Assembly (NCBI GenBank): GCA_963713045.1
Contig: CAVQKE010000003.1
Span: 448,001-512,000, forward strand
Direction of reading: 5' to 3'
From: an uncultured delta proteobacterium
Lineage (GTDB): Bacteria > Myxococcota > Myxococcia > Myxococcales > Myxococcaceae
DNA length: 64,000 bases
How positions within the stretch are numbered: the first letter of the stretch is position 1; every line of letters begins with the position of its first letter. The notes beneath the pieces were generated by a model. It did no database searches and was not told where the DNA came from. It saw only the letters and a list, made by a program, of their open reading frames with translations. The position numbers were made by a program, and so were the translations under genes. Shown here piece by piece: positions 18,071 through 29,896 of this stretch.

Positions 18071-18984
18071 CCGACGCCGCACCGCGCTTCCGACTTCAAC
18101 TCAAGCCGTGGCACCGCAATCTGGGCCTCGGTCTGTTCGGACTGGTTTGCTTTCTTCTTTTCCTCGCACTCACCTTTCCAGTCGACGCCGCGCGGTCCAG
18201 ACTCCAGGCCGAGGCCGAGCGCGCCGGGTTGGTGCTGCGCATGGACAGCCTTTCCGCGGGCCTGTTCAGCATGACGGCACGCCGAGTTCGAATCAGCCGC
18301 GCCGCGGACTTGGACGCCGTCCCCCTGGTGGTCGACCAGATGAGCGTTCGCCCGACTTTTTTTCCGCCCGGACTGGCCGTCCAGGCGGCCCTGCTGGGGG
18401 GAAGCGCCTCGGCCTCATTGCCCAAGTCTGGTCAGTCGCTTCGCCTCAAGATGAACGGCATCGACCTTTCGCAAGCAAACCTCAAGGCACTGGCCAACGT
18501 CGATGCCGCCGGGAAACTCGATGGAGAAATCTCCTTTGACATGCCGCTGGTGCGGGGAGAGGCCGACCTGTCCCAAGCAAGTGGCGTGGTGCGCTTCAAC
18601 GGAACAGACCTCGTCCTGAAAGGCGGTACGGTGACGCTCCCGGTGTTCGGCACGCCGACACCGGTGGACCTGCCCAAAGCGGCCCTCGGCACACTCGACG
18701 GCGAGGTCACCTTCGAACGGGGCGCTGGAACGGTGCAGCACCTCCACCTCAAGGGGGAGGATTTGGAGTCACTGGCAACCGGAACGGTGAAACTGGCGCG
18801 CAAGCCGGAGTATGTCGAGCTGGCGCTTCGGCTTAAGCTTCGACTGGAGGCGGAGTTTCTAAAGCGTCTTGGGGTTGTGGGCGCCGGCTTTAGCGTCCTG
18901 CCGCTCGATGGAGAGCAGCCTGGCTTCCGCGACCTCCGCGTGAGCGGGTACTTGGGAACGCCAACTTTCGCTCCCGGCCGCTAG
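18067..18984 (+). CDS. gspN: GspN (deltaproteobacterial type)
   Basis: GTGA overlap; N-terminal TM ending LTFP; beta-rich body; last gene of cluster. Confidence 0.8.
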   Translation: MTDAAPRFRLQLKPWHRNLGLGLFGLVCFLLFLALTFPVDAARSRLQAEAERAGLVLRMDSLSAGLFSMTARRVRISRAADLDAVPLVVDQMSVRPTFFPPGLAVQAALLGGSASASLPKSGQSLRLKMNGIDLSQANLKALANVDAAGKLDGEISFDMPLVRGEADLSQASGVVRFNGTDLVLKGGTVTLPVFGTPTPVDLPKAALGTLDGEVTFERGAGTVQHLHLKGEDLESLATGTVKLARKPEYVELALRLKLRLEAEFLKRLGVVGAGFSVLPLDGEQPGFRDLRVSGYLGTPTFAPGR

Positions 18985-19046
18985 CGTTTGAACTCTGGAA
19001 AGCCGGCGTGCTATGGCTTTGGTCGGTTCGTCACGGGGGGACCGAC

Positions 19047-20435
<1,389 letters not shown>

Positions 20436-20546
20436 CGGGCAACTTCGGGCGTTTGCAGGGCGCTTTGAAATCCGTCGGCCGGTCGTCCGTACCTAGGGTG
20501 CATGGTGCCATGGACAGCCCCGTTGCGCTCAGCGAGTCTGCCGTGG

Positions 20547-21278
20547 ATGGACTCGTCGCTGCCATCCAGCCGCGTCGACGCCGCGAAGGTGCTGTTGCTG
20601 TTAGCGTTTGTCGGCGTCGGCCTCGTCTTCTGGGACTCGCCGGTCCTCACACCGGTGAAGCTGCTGGTGGTGATGGGGCATGAGAGTGGGCACGCGGCTG
20701 CAACGCTGCTTGCCGGTGGGCAAGTCCAGCGGGTGGTGCTCTCCGCCAACCAATCCGGAGCCTGTCTCTCCGTCCTCCCGCCAGGTGCTTGGAGAACCAT
20801 CCTCGTTTACTCGGCCGGGTACGTGGGAAGCGCTGTGGCCGGTGCCGTGCTCCTGCTGCTCGCGTTTCGCTTCGGGCTCGCCCGCGGAGTGCTGGCTGCT
20901 TACTCGGTGTGGCTCGCAGCCATCGCGTTTCTCGTCGCCGGCAGCTTCTTCACCGTCGCGTTTTGCCTCGGGATGGCCGCCGTGCTGGGAGCCGCCGCGC
21001 GGTGGCTGCCGCTGCTGGGTGTGAGGTTGGTGGTGCTTTTTCTGGCCACCTTCACCGGCCTGTACGCTCTTTTCGATTTGCGCGACGACTTGTGGAACTC
21101 CGCGGCCCGCGCCCAGAGCGACGCGGCCCTGCTGGCGGCACAAACTCCCGTCCCGGCACTGGTGTGGGCCGGGCTTTGGACCGCGTTAAGCGTCGTCATC
21201 CTTGGCTGGGGAGCGGTGCTGTCCCTTCGGTCACGTCCGGGACCCTCCACTCTTGCGGCGGCGAGAGACCCGGCTTAA
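20547..21278 (+). CDS. Peptidase M50B-like membrane metallopeptidase
   Basis: HESGH zinc motif, SAGY.G, SDA..LA; multiple TM helices; start uncertain (20502 or 20547). Confidence 0.85.
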   Translation: MDSSLPSSRVDAAKVLLLLAFVGVGLVFWDSPVLTPVKLLVVMGHESGHAAATLLAGGQVQRVVLSANQSGACLSVLPPGAWRTILVYSAGYVGSAVAGAVLLLLAFRFGLARGVLAAYSVWLAAIAFLVAGSFFTVAFCLGMAAVLGAAARWLPLLGVRLVVLFLATFTGLYALFDLRDDLWNSAARAQSDAALLAAQTPVPALVWAGLWTALSVVILGWGAVLSLRSRPGPSTLAAARDPA

Positions 21279-21408
21279 AGGCGGCCCTGGCTTCGGAGGG
21301 CACAGTGTTCGCACTTTCCAACTGCCTGTTACTCGTCGCTGCACCGGCACTCGACGTCCCAGTCACGCCTGCCGAGGGGCCGAACGGGCTCAACCAGGAG
21401 CCAAAGTG

Positions 21409-21653
21409 ATGCGCACTCTGCTGGCCAGCCTGATGCTTGTCCTCGGTGCGTGCAGTTTCGCTCCGGCCAAACCGGACGACCGGCTCCCGTTGCCACCCGG
21501 TACGGAGCCGGCCGACGCCGGCCCGTCCGCCACCATTCCAGCTGAGGGAGGCTTCGCCCCCAACGGCCTGAAGCTGTACGTGATGGAACGCACCGGCCAG
21601 CAGGGTCGGGGCGGCGACTGAGATGCTCCAGGCGCGACCCAGAGGGAAAGCCG
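21409..21653 (+). pseudogene. Remnant of a lipoprotein M16-family peptidase N-terminus
   Basis: AGGAG RBS; MRTLLASLMLVLGAC lipobox; PNGLKLYVME; stop at 21621, then out-of-frame DPEGKP at 21636-21653; no HxxEH follows. Confidence 0.5.
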
Positions 21654-21675
21654 CTCCAAGAGGCGACACCCGCCG

Positions 21676-21735
21676 TTAGCGCCTCGCGCATCTGGTACGG
21701 ACGAACGACGCCGTATCCGTGAATTGGAAGTGGGG
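21676..21735 (-). repeat. Degenerate second copy of the 3' end of the MBL-fold hydrolase gene (att-like direct repeat)
   Basis: Aligns with 22729-22795; TCCGTGAATTGGAAGT identical at 21716-21731 and 22775-22790; translates FQFTDTASFV vs FQFTDAASFV. Confidence 0.85.
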
Positions 21736-22007
21736 CTTCAAGGCGGGCGAGTACCAGGACAACATCCTGCTGGCCCCAGCTCGAGTACCGGCTCCAGATC
21801 CTCACCTGGCTGGGAGCGGTCGCATTCTTCGGCATCGGCGAGATCGAGCCAAACCTCGAGATCCTCACGTTCAAGGACCTACTCCCCGCGGGCGGTGTCG
21901 GCGCCCGTGTCACCCTTGCCCGGGCGAATCAAGTCAACGCCCGTGTCGACGTCGCCTTCAGCAGGGAGGGGGTGACCTTCTACCTATCCATCGGGGAAGC
22001 GTTCTGA
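21734..22007 (+). pseudogene. C-terminal fragment of an Omp85/BamA-TamA-type beta-barrel protein
   Basis: GFKAGEYQDNILLA, frameshift, then QLEYRLQILTWLGAVAFFGIG...PAGGVGARV...NARVDVAF...FYLSIGEAF*; terminal Phe beta-signal; no start. Confidence 0.7.
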
Positions 22008-22137
22008 ACGACTCTCTCCAACGAGTCCGCGGGGGCGCCGGGCCTGCACTGGTCACCTTCGCTCAAAAATCCCACGGTCAGCCGGCCGGTCCCACGGCAT
22101 TGGGCTGAAGAGGACAGGGAGCTTCGGTGCTCCTCGC

Positions 22138-22602
22138 TTAATGAAAGCTGCCACCATCAAGCACCGGGGCGGCCGTTGATATTCGCGTCATCGAGAACGA
22201 AATGTTTAGCCGCGCGGGAGTTCCACCATCGACCGTTAACGGGTCGGTGGACGGATCGATTCCCGATAGCAGGCCCGCATCTAGTGTTGCGTTGATGGTG
22301 TCTCCAGAGAACGCCGTATAAAGCACAACGCTTGCACCGGTGCGTGTACCCGAGAGTGTGTCTATGGAGTGAAACTGGGTCGAGTCTAGGGGGTCGCTCA
22401 CGAGCTCGCGGCCAGTGATTGTGCCCGCGTCTTCGCTAAGGATGAACTGCAGCTGAGCTACCTGCGTGCCCGCATCGATGGGGCCCTGCCACGTTCCCGT
22501 GATGTTTTGTTGCATGGGCGGCGCCGGCTGCTGCTGAGTACTCGTGCTTGTCCTTGTGCAGCCAACAACGAGCAGGAGAACCGCCAGGGATTCCATCTTC
22601 AT
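22138..22602 (-). CDS. Orphan lipoprotein with atypical codon usage
   Basis: MKMESLAVLLLVVGC lipobox; NITGTWQG beta-barrel-like start; many A/T-ending codons; AAAGGTG upstream. Confidence 0.7.
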   Translation of the reverse strand: MKMESLAVLLLVVGCTRTSTSTQQQPAPPMQQNITGTWQGPIDAGTQVAQLQFILSEDAGTITGRELVSDPLDSTQFHSIDTLSGTRTGASVVLYTAFSGDTINATLDAGLLSGIDPSTDPLTVDGGTPARLNISFSMTRISTAAPVLDGGSFH

Positions 22603-22728
22603 CGGCACCTTTAGGCGCAGCACTGGCAGACGCTCTCTTGGGCCTTGTTGTGCGCATCTGCGCCGAAGCTCGAACTGATTGCCAGGTTAGCTAAGGCGGT
22701 AACCGCCCGGTCGCAGAGGACCTAGGGT

Positions 22729-23409
22729 TTACCCCCGCCTCGGCCGCATCCGGTACTTGACGAAAGACGCAGCGTCCGTGAATTGGAAGTAGGGGTTCTG
22801 GGCCGCTTCGCGCTCCAGCGATGAGACTGGGACGTCGCCATAGTCATGCCCCGGAAAGAGCCGGGTGCGGCCGGGCAGCTTTCCGAGAACATCTTTCAGG
22901 GAATGAAACATCTGCCCCGGGTCACCGCCTTGTAGGTCGCAGCGCCCACAGCCGTTGACGAAGAGGGTGTCTCCGGCGACGAGCGCATCGCCGGCCATCA
23001 GGCATTGCGAGCCAGGCGTATGGCCGGGAGTGTGGACCGCCGTCGCCTGCACCCCGCCCAGCGGCACGGCGTCTCCCGGCGCCAGCCGCTTGAGTGCGTC
23101 TCCGAAGGCTCGAAGGTCCTCGGAAAAGTCGACCTCTGCCCGCTGGGCGTAAACGGGCACGTCGCGCCGACGCAGCAGCTCGGCGACGCCGTTGATGTGG
23201 TCTTTGTGGCTGTGCGTGAGGAGAATACCGGCCAGGGACTTGTGCTGCGCAACGCACGCCGCTTCGATGGCGTCGACATCCCAAGCCGGGTCCACCACAC
23301 ACACCTCTGGCTGCCCTTCCGTCCCCACCAGGTAGACGAAGTTTTGCATTGGGCCGAGTGGAAACTGGTGGACGAAGACAGACCCGGGCGCGGCGGAAAG
23401 GTTGGCCAC
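22729..23409 (-). CDS. MBL-fold metallo-hydrolase (glyoxalase II-like)
   Basis: THSHKDH, HTPGHTPGS, GDTLF..GCGR, PGHDY; start uncertain. Confidence 0.9.
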   Translation of the reverse strand: MANLSAAPGSVFVHQFPLGPMQNFVYLVGTEGQPEVCVVDPAWDVDAIEAACVAQHKSLAGILLTHSHKDHINGVAELLRRRDVPVYAQRAEVDFSEDLRAFGDALKRLAPGDAVPLGGVQATAVHTPGHTPGSQCLMAGDALVAGDTLFVNGCGRCDLQGGDPGQMFHSLKDVLGKLPGRTRLFPGHDYGDVPVSSLEREAAQNPYFQFTDAASFVKYRMRPRRG

Positions 23410-23465
23410 GCCACATGGTCCCATTGCCCAAGAAGCCCGTCCAGGCCGTTCGTTCGCTGCGCCAG

Positions 23466-23882
23466 CTACCGCTCGAGCGCCCGAGCCCGCATCCTCTCCC
23501 GGATGGGCTCGTTGTCGCAGTAAACGCGCCACTCGACGACTTTTCCGTCGTCGACAACCGCCCTCCACGCCGTAGGCGTTTCCCACCGGTTCTCTGGCGT
23601 CACTGTGGCGCCTACGGGAAGAAACGTTCCTCCAGCCCGTCCAAAGGCGACGACGACCTCACCCTCGGTCATCAGCTGGTCCAGCCGAATCCAGTAGTCC
23701 GGGACCATCGAGAAGTATTGTTTCCATCCCTCACGCGCCATGGCGTACGGAAACCTGTTCCCCAACGAATCAACGAAGTCGTACTGCGGCGACATCAAGC
23801 CAATGAGGCCCTCCACATCATGCGCGTTGATTCGCATGACGAATGTGCGGACAACGTCGGCTGGGGAAGCAGGGCCACTCAT
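23466..23882 (-). CDS. SnoaL-like / NTF2 family protein
   Basis: INAHDVEGLIGLMS...FVD; DGKVVEWRVYCD. Confidence 0.8.
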   Translation of the reverse strand: MSGPASPADVVRTFVMRINAHDVEGLIGLMSPQYDFVDSLGNRFPYAMAREGWKQYFSMVPDYWIRLDQLMTEGEVVVAFGRAGGTFLPVGATVTPENRWETPTAWRAVVDDGKVVEWRVYCDNEPIRERMRARALER

Positions 23883-23898
23883 TGGCGTCACGGGTACC

Positions 23899-24336
23899 TT
23901 ACGTCGAAGAAGTCGAGGCAGACCCAAGGCGCCGGCGCATGTGCCGGTGGGCGATGCCGACCTCCATGAAGGGCTCACCGAAAGTCTCATACCCGAGCCA
24001 TTCATAAAAGCCGACCGCGGCGTCGCGTGCGTGCAGCGTCACCGTGCGAAAACCGCTCCGGGCGACCTCAGCCTCGAGCTCCCGTACCAGCCGGGTGCCG
24101 AGGTGCTGTCCCTGCCGCGTCGGCTCGACGGCCATTTGGAAGAGCCGTCCGGTGTCGCGGCCCTCGGGGTGGAACAGGACGCACCCCACCACCTCGCCTT
24201 CGTCCACGGCGAGGAGGTGAAGACTTTCTGCTTCAAAAGGGAAACGCGTGGCCTCCCGGGGGTGCCCAAGGGGCGCGCGCAGCACCCGCCACCGGAGCTC
24301 GACTTCAGCCGCATACAGCGGGTGCGACAACGTCAC
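23899..24336 (-). CDS. GNAT family N-acetyltransferase
   Basis: QMAV...QGQHLGTRLV acetyl-CoA motif; AVGFYEWLGY; EVGIAH..M. Confidence 0.9.
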   Translation of the reverse strand: MTLSHPLYAAEVELRWRVLRAPLGHPREATRFPFEAESLHLLAVDEGEVVGCVLFHPEGRDTGRLFQMAVEPTRQGQHLGTRLVRELEAEVARSGFRTVTLHARDAAVGFYEWLGYETFGEPFMEVGIAHRHMRRRLGSASTSST

Positions 24337-24356
24337 CCAGCAAAGCTCGACCGAGC

Positions 24357-26294
24357 TCAGACGTCGAGCTCCTCGCCGGCGACTTCGCCAGCGCGCTCCA
24401 TGATGAACTTGAAGCGCGCGCTCACGTCTCGGCCGAGCAAGTCGTTGATGACGCGGTCGGTTTCCAGCTCGTTGGCGATGGACACCCGGAGACTGGCTCG
24501 GTGCTTGGGGTCCAGGGTGGTGGCCTTCAGGTCCTCGGCTTGCATTTCCCCGAGGCCTTTGAAGCGGGTGATGCTCGGCTTCGCGTTCCCCTTCACCTTC
24601 TCTTTCAAAATCCGGTCGCGGTCGGCCTCATCGAGAGCCCAGTAGGTGTCCTTGCCGACGTCGATGCGGTAGAGCGGGGGCTGCGAGAGGTGCACCACCC
24701 CTGCCCCAATGAGGGGCCGCAAATGTCGGTAGAAAAACGTGAGGAGCAGGGTGGCGATGTGATGACCATCTGAGTCCGCGTCCATCAAGAGGAAGACTCG
24801 CCCGTAGCGCAGCTTCGCCATGTCCAGCGCCGGGCCGATGCCACAGCCGAGCGCGCTGACAATGTCCTGCAGCTCTTTATTGCTCGACACCTTGTCCAGG
24901 GAGGCCTGCTCCGCGTTGAGGACTTTGCCGCGCAGCGGAAGGATGGCTTGGGTGCGCCGGTCGCGGCCTTGTTTGGCTGAACCGCCGGCCGAGTCTCCCT
25001 CGACGATGAAGAGTTCGCTTTCCCTCGGGTCGGTGGAGGCGCAGTCAGCCAGCTTCCCAGGTAGGTTGAGGTGGTGGCTGACGCCCTTGCGGCTCACTGC
25101 CAGTGACGCCGCCCGTGAGGCCTCGCGGGCCCGTGCCGCCAGCACAATCCGGGCGACAATGGATTCGGCCACGCTTTGGTTGTCGTTGAGCCACTTCTCG
25201 AGTGCTGGACGGACGGCGGAGTCCACAGCGGCTAGCATTTCCGGGTTGTTCAGCCGGCCCTTGGTTTGCCCCTGAAATTGCGGCTCAAGGACGTAGGTGG
25301 AGAGCAGCGCCACCATGCCCTCGCGGATGTCCTCGGCGGTGAGGGTGACTCCTTTGGGAGTAAGGCTGTGGGTCTCGATGTAGTTGCGGACGGCCTTCAC
25401 CATTCCCGAACGCAGGCCGGCTTCGTGCGTCCCGCCGTTGGGAGTCGGAATGCCATTGACGAAGGACAGAACGTGCTCATCGGTGGACTCGGTCCAACAC
25501 AGGGCAAGTTCCAACCGGACGCCATTCTCTCGGGACAGGTAGAACTGCCCGCCGCCGGATGGCACCGGCGCTTTGCCCCGCTCGGCGATGAGCTTGGGAA
25601 GGTACTCGGCGATGCCCCCTTCATGCAGAAACGTCGACTCCGATGGCGGGCTCGCCGTCTGGTCCCGAAAGCGCACCACCATGCCCCGGTGCAGGTAGCT
25701 CCGCATCTCAAGCCGCTCGCGGATGAGTTCCGGGTCAAAGTGCAGCTTCTCTCCGAAAATCTCCGTGTCCGGGGTAAAGGTGGTGGTGGTGCCCGAGCCG
25801 CGCGCCGGCCCCACCACTTTCAGCGCCTGCATGGGCTGTCCGCGGGCATAGGGTTGCTGGTACCGCTTCCCATCCCGGCGGACTTCCACCAGCAGTTTGC
25901 TGCTCAGCGCATTGACGACGCTACTGCCCACCCCGTGCAGACCGCCGGAGTGGAGGTAGTTCCCCTGCTCAAATTTCCCGCCCGAGTGCAGCGTGGTGAG
26001 GATGACCTCGAGCGCTGGCTTCCGGTACTTGGCCATCACATCGACCGGGATGCCGCGCCCGTCGTCGGCCACGGTGACGGTTTTTCCATCCTTGTGGAGG
26101 GTCACCTCCACCTCGGTGGCATAGCTGTTGATGACTTCGTCGACGCTGTTGTCGACAATCTCCCACAGCAGATGATGGTACCCGGACTGGTCCGCTCCGC
26201 CGATGTACATGGCGGGACGCTTGCGCACGGGCTCCAGGCCTTCCAGCACCTGGATGTCGCTGGCCGTGTAGGTCGCTTTTCGTGCGGTGGCCAT
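24357..26294 (-). CDS. parE: Type IIA topoisomerase subunit B (topoisomerase IV ParE-type)
   Basis: [43 protein letters not shown]; 645 aa. Confidence 0.85.
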   Translation of the reverse strand: MATARKATYTASDIQVLEGLEPVRKRPAMYIGGADQSGYHHLLWEIVDNSVDEVINSYATEVEVTLHKDGKTVTVADDGRGIPVDVMAKYRKPALEVILTTLHSGGKFEQGNYLHSGGLHGVGSSVVNALSSKLLVEVRRDGKRYQQPYARGQPMQALKVVGPARGSGTTTTFTPDTEIFGEKLHFDPELIRERLEMRSYLHRGMVVRFRDQTASPPSESTFLHEGGIAEYLPKLIAERGKAPVPSGGGQFYLSRENGVRLELALCWTESTDEHVLSFVNGIPTPNGGTHEAGLRSGMVKAVRNYIETHSLTPKGVTLTAEDIREGMVALLSTYVLEPQFQGQTKGRLNNPEMLAAVDSAVRPALEKWLNDNQSVAESIVARIVLAARAREASRAASLAVSRKGVSHHLNLPGKLADCASTDPRESELFIVEGDSAGGSAKQGRDRRTQAILPLRGKVLNAEQASLDKVSSNKELQDIVSALGCGIGPALDMAKLRYGRVFLLMDADSDGHHIATLLLTFFYRHLRPLIGAGVVHLSQPPLYRIDVGKDTYWALDEADRDRILKEKVKGNAKPSITRFKGLGEMQAEDLKATTLDPKHRASLRVSIANELETDRVINDLLGRDVSARFKFIMERAGEVAGEELDV

Positions 26295-26298
26295 GGCG

Positions 26299-28667
26299 TT
26301 AGTCGTCCTTCTTTTCGGGCAGCGGCGTGAAGGTGAAGGGCGTGGCGAACAGCTTCACGGTTTCTCGCCTCGCCATCTCGCGTCCGCGACCCCCGCGGGC
26401 GGAGAGCTCGTAGCGCCCGGGACTGAGCAACAGCTTTCGGCCCTTGCTGGTTTCCAGTTCCAGTCCCGCGTCTTTCTTCGACGTACATAGAAAGGCAAGC
26501 ACCCGGTCATCCTTCTCGAGTTTGATGACTGTCACCCCTCTTCCCGGGCCCGAGAGCTCGTTCACCTCATTCACTTTGCAGACCAGTGCTCGGGCCTTTT
26601 GTGTCACGACCGCGAGAAGGTCGCGGGGGGAGGCTGGTGCCACGCCGATGACCTCGTCCTCCTTACCGGGCCGGGCATAGCGTCGACCGGCGCGGGTGCT
26701 CACCTCCTGATGCGGGGCGAGGGCGAAGCGGAGGCCGTAGCCCCGGGCACTGACAGCCACCAGCGTCTCAGGCCGCTCGAGGCGCTGGTCAAGCGACAGC
26801 GCGCCCACCACCCGTTCGCCGTCGTCAAATTTGAAGAGTTTTTGCACCGGATCGCCGTAGCCAGTGGAAGGTGGGACGTCGTTGAAGCGCGTCACATACG
26901 CGGTGCCAAAGTTGGAGAAGAAGACGACGTTGGACTTGAGCGAGCCGGCCAAGACGGCCATCACCTCATCGCCCTCGCGGAGACGGGTGGAGGTGGGGTC
27001 TTTGACTTCGCGCACCCGCTTAATCCAGCCATCGCGCGAGAGCACGACGTGGCTGTCCTCCTCGGCGATGAAGGCCTCCTCGGTGTACTCGACTTCCTCA
27101 CCAACGCCGCCGATGCGGGTGAGGCGCCTGTCGGCGTAGGCCTTTTGCACTTCTTCCAGCTCCTCCTGGACGACGGCCCACCGCTTCTTGGGGTCCTTCA
27201 GGACTGCGGCCAAACGCGCCGCCTCGGCGCGCCTTTCCCGGAGCTCCTTCTGGATGACGAGGATTTCGAGGCGCGCCAGCTTGTAGAGCTTCATCTCGAG
27301 AATCGCGTCGACTTGCTCGGCATCAAGAGAGAAGCGGTGGATGAGTTTACTGGCGGCGTCCTGCTTCCCATCCGACTTGCGAATGATGCGAATCATCTCG
27401 TCGAGCGCATCGTAGACAACCTCGAAGCCCTCGAGGATGTGGAGCCGCCTTTTGACCTCGCCCAACTCGTACTGGTGGCGGAGTGTCACCACCTCGAAGC
27501 GAAAGGCGAGGAAGTGCTGCAGCATCGCCTTCAGGTCGAGGCGTTGTGGCGTCCCGACGTCGGCTTGCCGACTCGGCACCAAAGCGGTCAGATTGACGTT
27601 GAAGTTGGACTGCAGCGGCGTGTGTTTGAAGAGGTACGCCATCACCATTTCCGGGCCGGCATCGCGCTTCAACTCGAGGACGATGCGCACGTCCTTGGTG
27701 CTCTCGTCGCGCACGTCCGTGAGCGGGGCGAGCTTCCGCTCGCGGACCAGCTCGCCAATTTTGGAAGTCAACGTGGACTTGTTCACCGCGTAAGGGATGG
27801 AGGTGACAACGATTTGCTGCCCGCCTCGGGGAAGCGCCTCCACTGTCCACTCGCCCCGCACCCGGACGGAACCCTGTCCGGTCTCGTAAATCTCCCGGAG
27901 CTCCGCCTTGCTGTTGAGCACCTGGCCGCCGGTCGGAAAATCCGGACCCTTGATGTGCTTCAGTAAGTCGCGGAGCGCGGTCTCCGGTTTCCTGACCAGC
28001 TCCCGGAGCGCCTCGCACAGCTCGCCCAAGTTATGGGGGGGACGTTGGTGGCCATCCCCACCGCAATGCCGGTGCTGCCGTTCATCAGCAGTTGGGGCAC
28101 CTTGGAGGGGAGAACGACCGGCTCGGTCGTGCTGTTGTCGTAGGTCGGCCGGAAGGGAACCACGTTCTTTCCCAACTCGGCGAGCATTTCGCTGGCGAGA
28201 GGCTGAAGCCGACACTCGGTGTAACGCATCGCCGCGGCGGCATCGCCGTCGAGCGAGCCGAAGTTTCCATGTCCGTCCACCAGCGGGTACCGCAGCGAGA
28301 AGTCCTGGGCGAGACGAACCAAGGCGTCGTAGACCGCCGTGTCGCCGTGCGGATGGTAGGAGCCGAGGATGGTGCCCACCACCTTGGCGCATTTCATGAA
28401 CTTCGCGTCTGAGGTGAGCCGGTGGTCGTGCCACATGCCATACAGAATGCGGCGCTGAACGGGCTTCAGGCCATCTCGCACGTCGGGCAGCGCCCGCGCG
28501 GTGATGACCGAGAGGGCGTAGTTCAGGTAGCGCGTGCGCGCTTCCTCGTGCAGCGCGGCGGTCGGCTCCTCTTTGCCGCCTCCACCACTGGCGCCTCCGG
28601 CCCTGCCGGCACGTCCGCCACCCCGAGTCGCGGGCTTTTCCAACGCCATCTTCAGCTGTCTCGCCAT
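26299..28667 (-). CDS. parC: Type IIA topoisomerase subunit A (ParC-type), split by a 1-nt frameshift at 28035-28041
   Basis: [28 protein letters not shown] in ORF 27960..28727; [13 protein letters not shown] and CTD in ORF 26299..28434; one extra C restores NVPPHNL; no GyrA-box seen. Confidence 0.85.
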
Positions 28668-28906
28668 GAGCTCGTGAACCAGAGGGAAAGGGATGCGGGC
28701 CTCAATGGACACCGCGACACTGCACAAATCTTTAGAAAATTCAGTTGTTTAGATGCGTTGTAGCACCCTGAAGCATGGCCATCCTACCGGGGGCCCCCGA
28801 CCTGTAAAGCATTCGGCGTCCAGCCGCCACCAGACGCGGCCTTGCATCCGAGGCTTGCGGTTGACATCCAGCGCAGCCACAGGCCGTCCGCACCAGGAGG
28901 GTTGCC

Positions 28907-29896
28907 GTGGAACAACGCACGCTCGGGAGCAGTGGCATGCGCGTCGGGGCACTGGGCCTCGGCTGCATGGGGATGTCGGACTTCTACGGGCCCACCAACG
29001 ACACCGAGTCCGTGGCGACAATGAATCTCGCCCTCGACCGAGGGGCCAACCTTCTCGACACCGCGGACATGTACGGCTACGGGAAGAACGAGGAGCTCGT
29101 CGGTCGGGTGGTCCGGACGCGACGCCGGGAAGTCGTCCTGGCCACCAAATTCGGGATTGTCCGTGACCCCACCGACCCGACCAAGCGTCGCTTCGACGGG
29201 CGACCTGAGTACGTTCGCTCAGCCTGCGATGCGAGTCTCAAGCGGCTTGGCGTGGACGTCATCGACCTCTACTACCAGCACCGCGTGGACCCGACGGTGC
29301 CCATCGAGGAAACCGTTGGCGCGATGGCCGAGTTGGTGACGCTCGGCAAGGTGCGCGCGCTCGGCCTTTCCGAGGCGGCCCCGGAGACTCTGCGGCGGGC
29401 GAGCGTCGTGCACCCCATTGCCGCCCTGCAGAGCGAGTACTCCCTCTGGACACGGGACCCGGAGGACGGGGTGCTGGCCGCCTGCCGTGAGCTGAACATC
29501 GCCTTCGTCGCCTACAGCCCCCTGGGCCGGGGATTTCTCACCGGTGCCATCCGCCAAGTGCAGGACCTCGACGCGGGCGATTACCGACGTCAGACGCCGC
29601 GGTTTCAGGGCGACAACCTCGCCGCCAATCTCAAACTGGTCGAGCAAGTCGAGAAGCTGGCGGCGAAGAAAGGCTGTACGCCGGCACAGCTGGCATTGGC
29701 CTGGGTGCTCGCTCAGGGCAAGGACATCATCGCCATCCCCGGGACGAAGCGTCGCACACGCCTCGAGGAGAATTTAGGCGCCCTCGGTCTTCGCCTCAGC
29801 CAGGAAGACATCGCAGGGCTCTCGGCCGCCTTTCCGCGCGAGGCGGTTGCCGGCCCGCGCTACCCCGAGGCGATGTTGCGAGGGGTTGGCCGTTAG
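28907..29896 (+). CDS. Aldo/keto reductase
   Basis: [49 protein letters not shown]. Confidence 0.95.
   Translation: MEQRTLGSSGMRVGALGLGCMGMSDFYGPTNDTESVATMNLALDRGANLLDTADMYGYGKNEELVGRVVRTRRREVVLATKFGIVRDPTDPTKRRFDGRPEYVRSACDASLKRLGVDVIDLYYQHRVDPTVPIEETVGAMAELVTLGKVRALGLSEAAPETLRRASVVHPIAALQSEYSLWTRDPEDGVLAACRELNIAFVAYSPLGRGFLTGAIRQVQDLDAGDYRRQTPRFQGDNLAANLKLVEQVEKLAAKKGCTPAQLALAWVLAQGKDIIAIPGTKRRTRLEENLGALGLRLSQEDIAGLSAAFPREAVAGPRYPEAMLRGVGR

Larger units (their letters stand above)
21676..22795. mobile_element. Relic integrated island (~1.1 kb, no integrase)
   Basis: Bounded by the duplicated gene end; contains a gene fragment, an atypical orphan and 4 GATC sites. Confidence 0.55.

Noticed and set aside
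5127..18984. Cluster as a type IV pilus or Tad system
   Set aside because: GspC with PDZ, GspG and GspK signatures, GspN and the absence of PilT identify a T2SS despite the PilM-like GspL
22118..22133. Hairpin GGAGC-TTCGGT-GCTCC after the orphan lipoprotein
   Set aside because: 5-bp stem without a U-tract; too weak to call
26299..28434. ORF-track 711-aa protein with a novel Arg-rich N-terminus
   Set aside because: The N-terminal part is the wrong frame upstream of the frameshift in the topoisomerase A gene
28720..28760. AT-rich patch resembling an IHF site in the divergent parC/AKR intergenic region
   Set aside because: Two mismatches to WATCAANNNNTTR; adequately explained as promoter DNA
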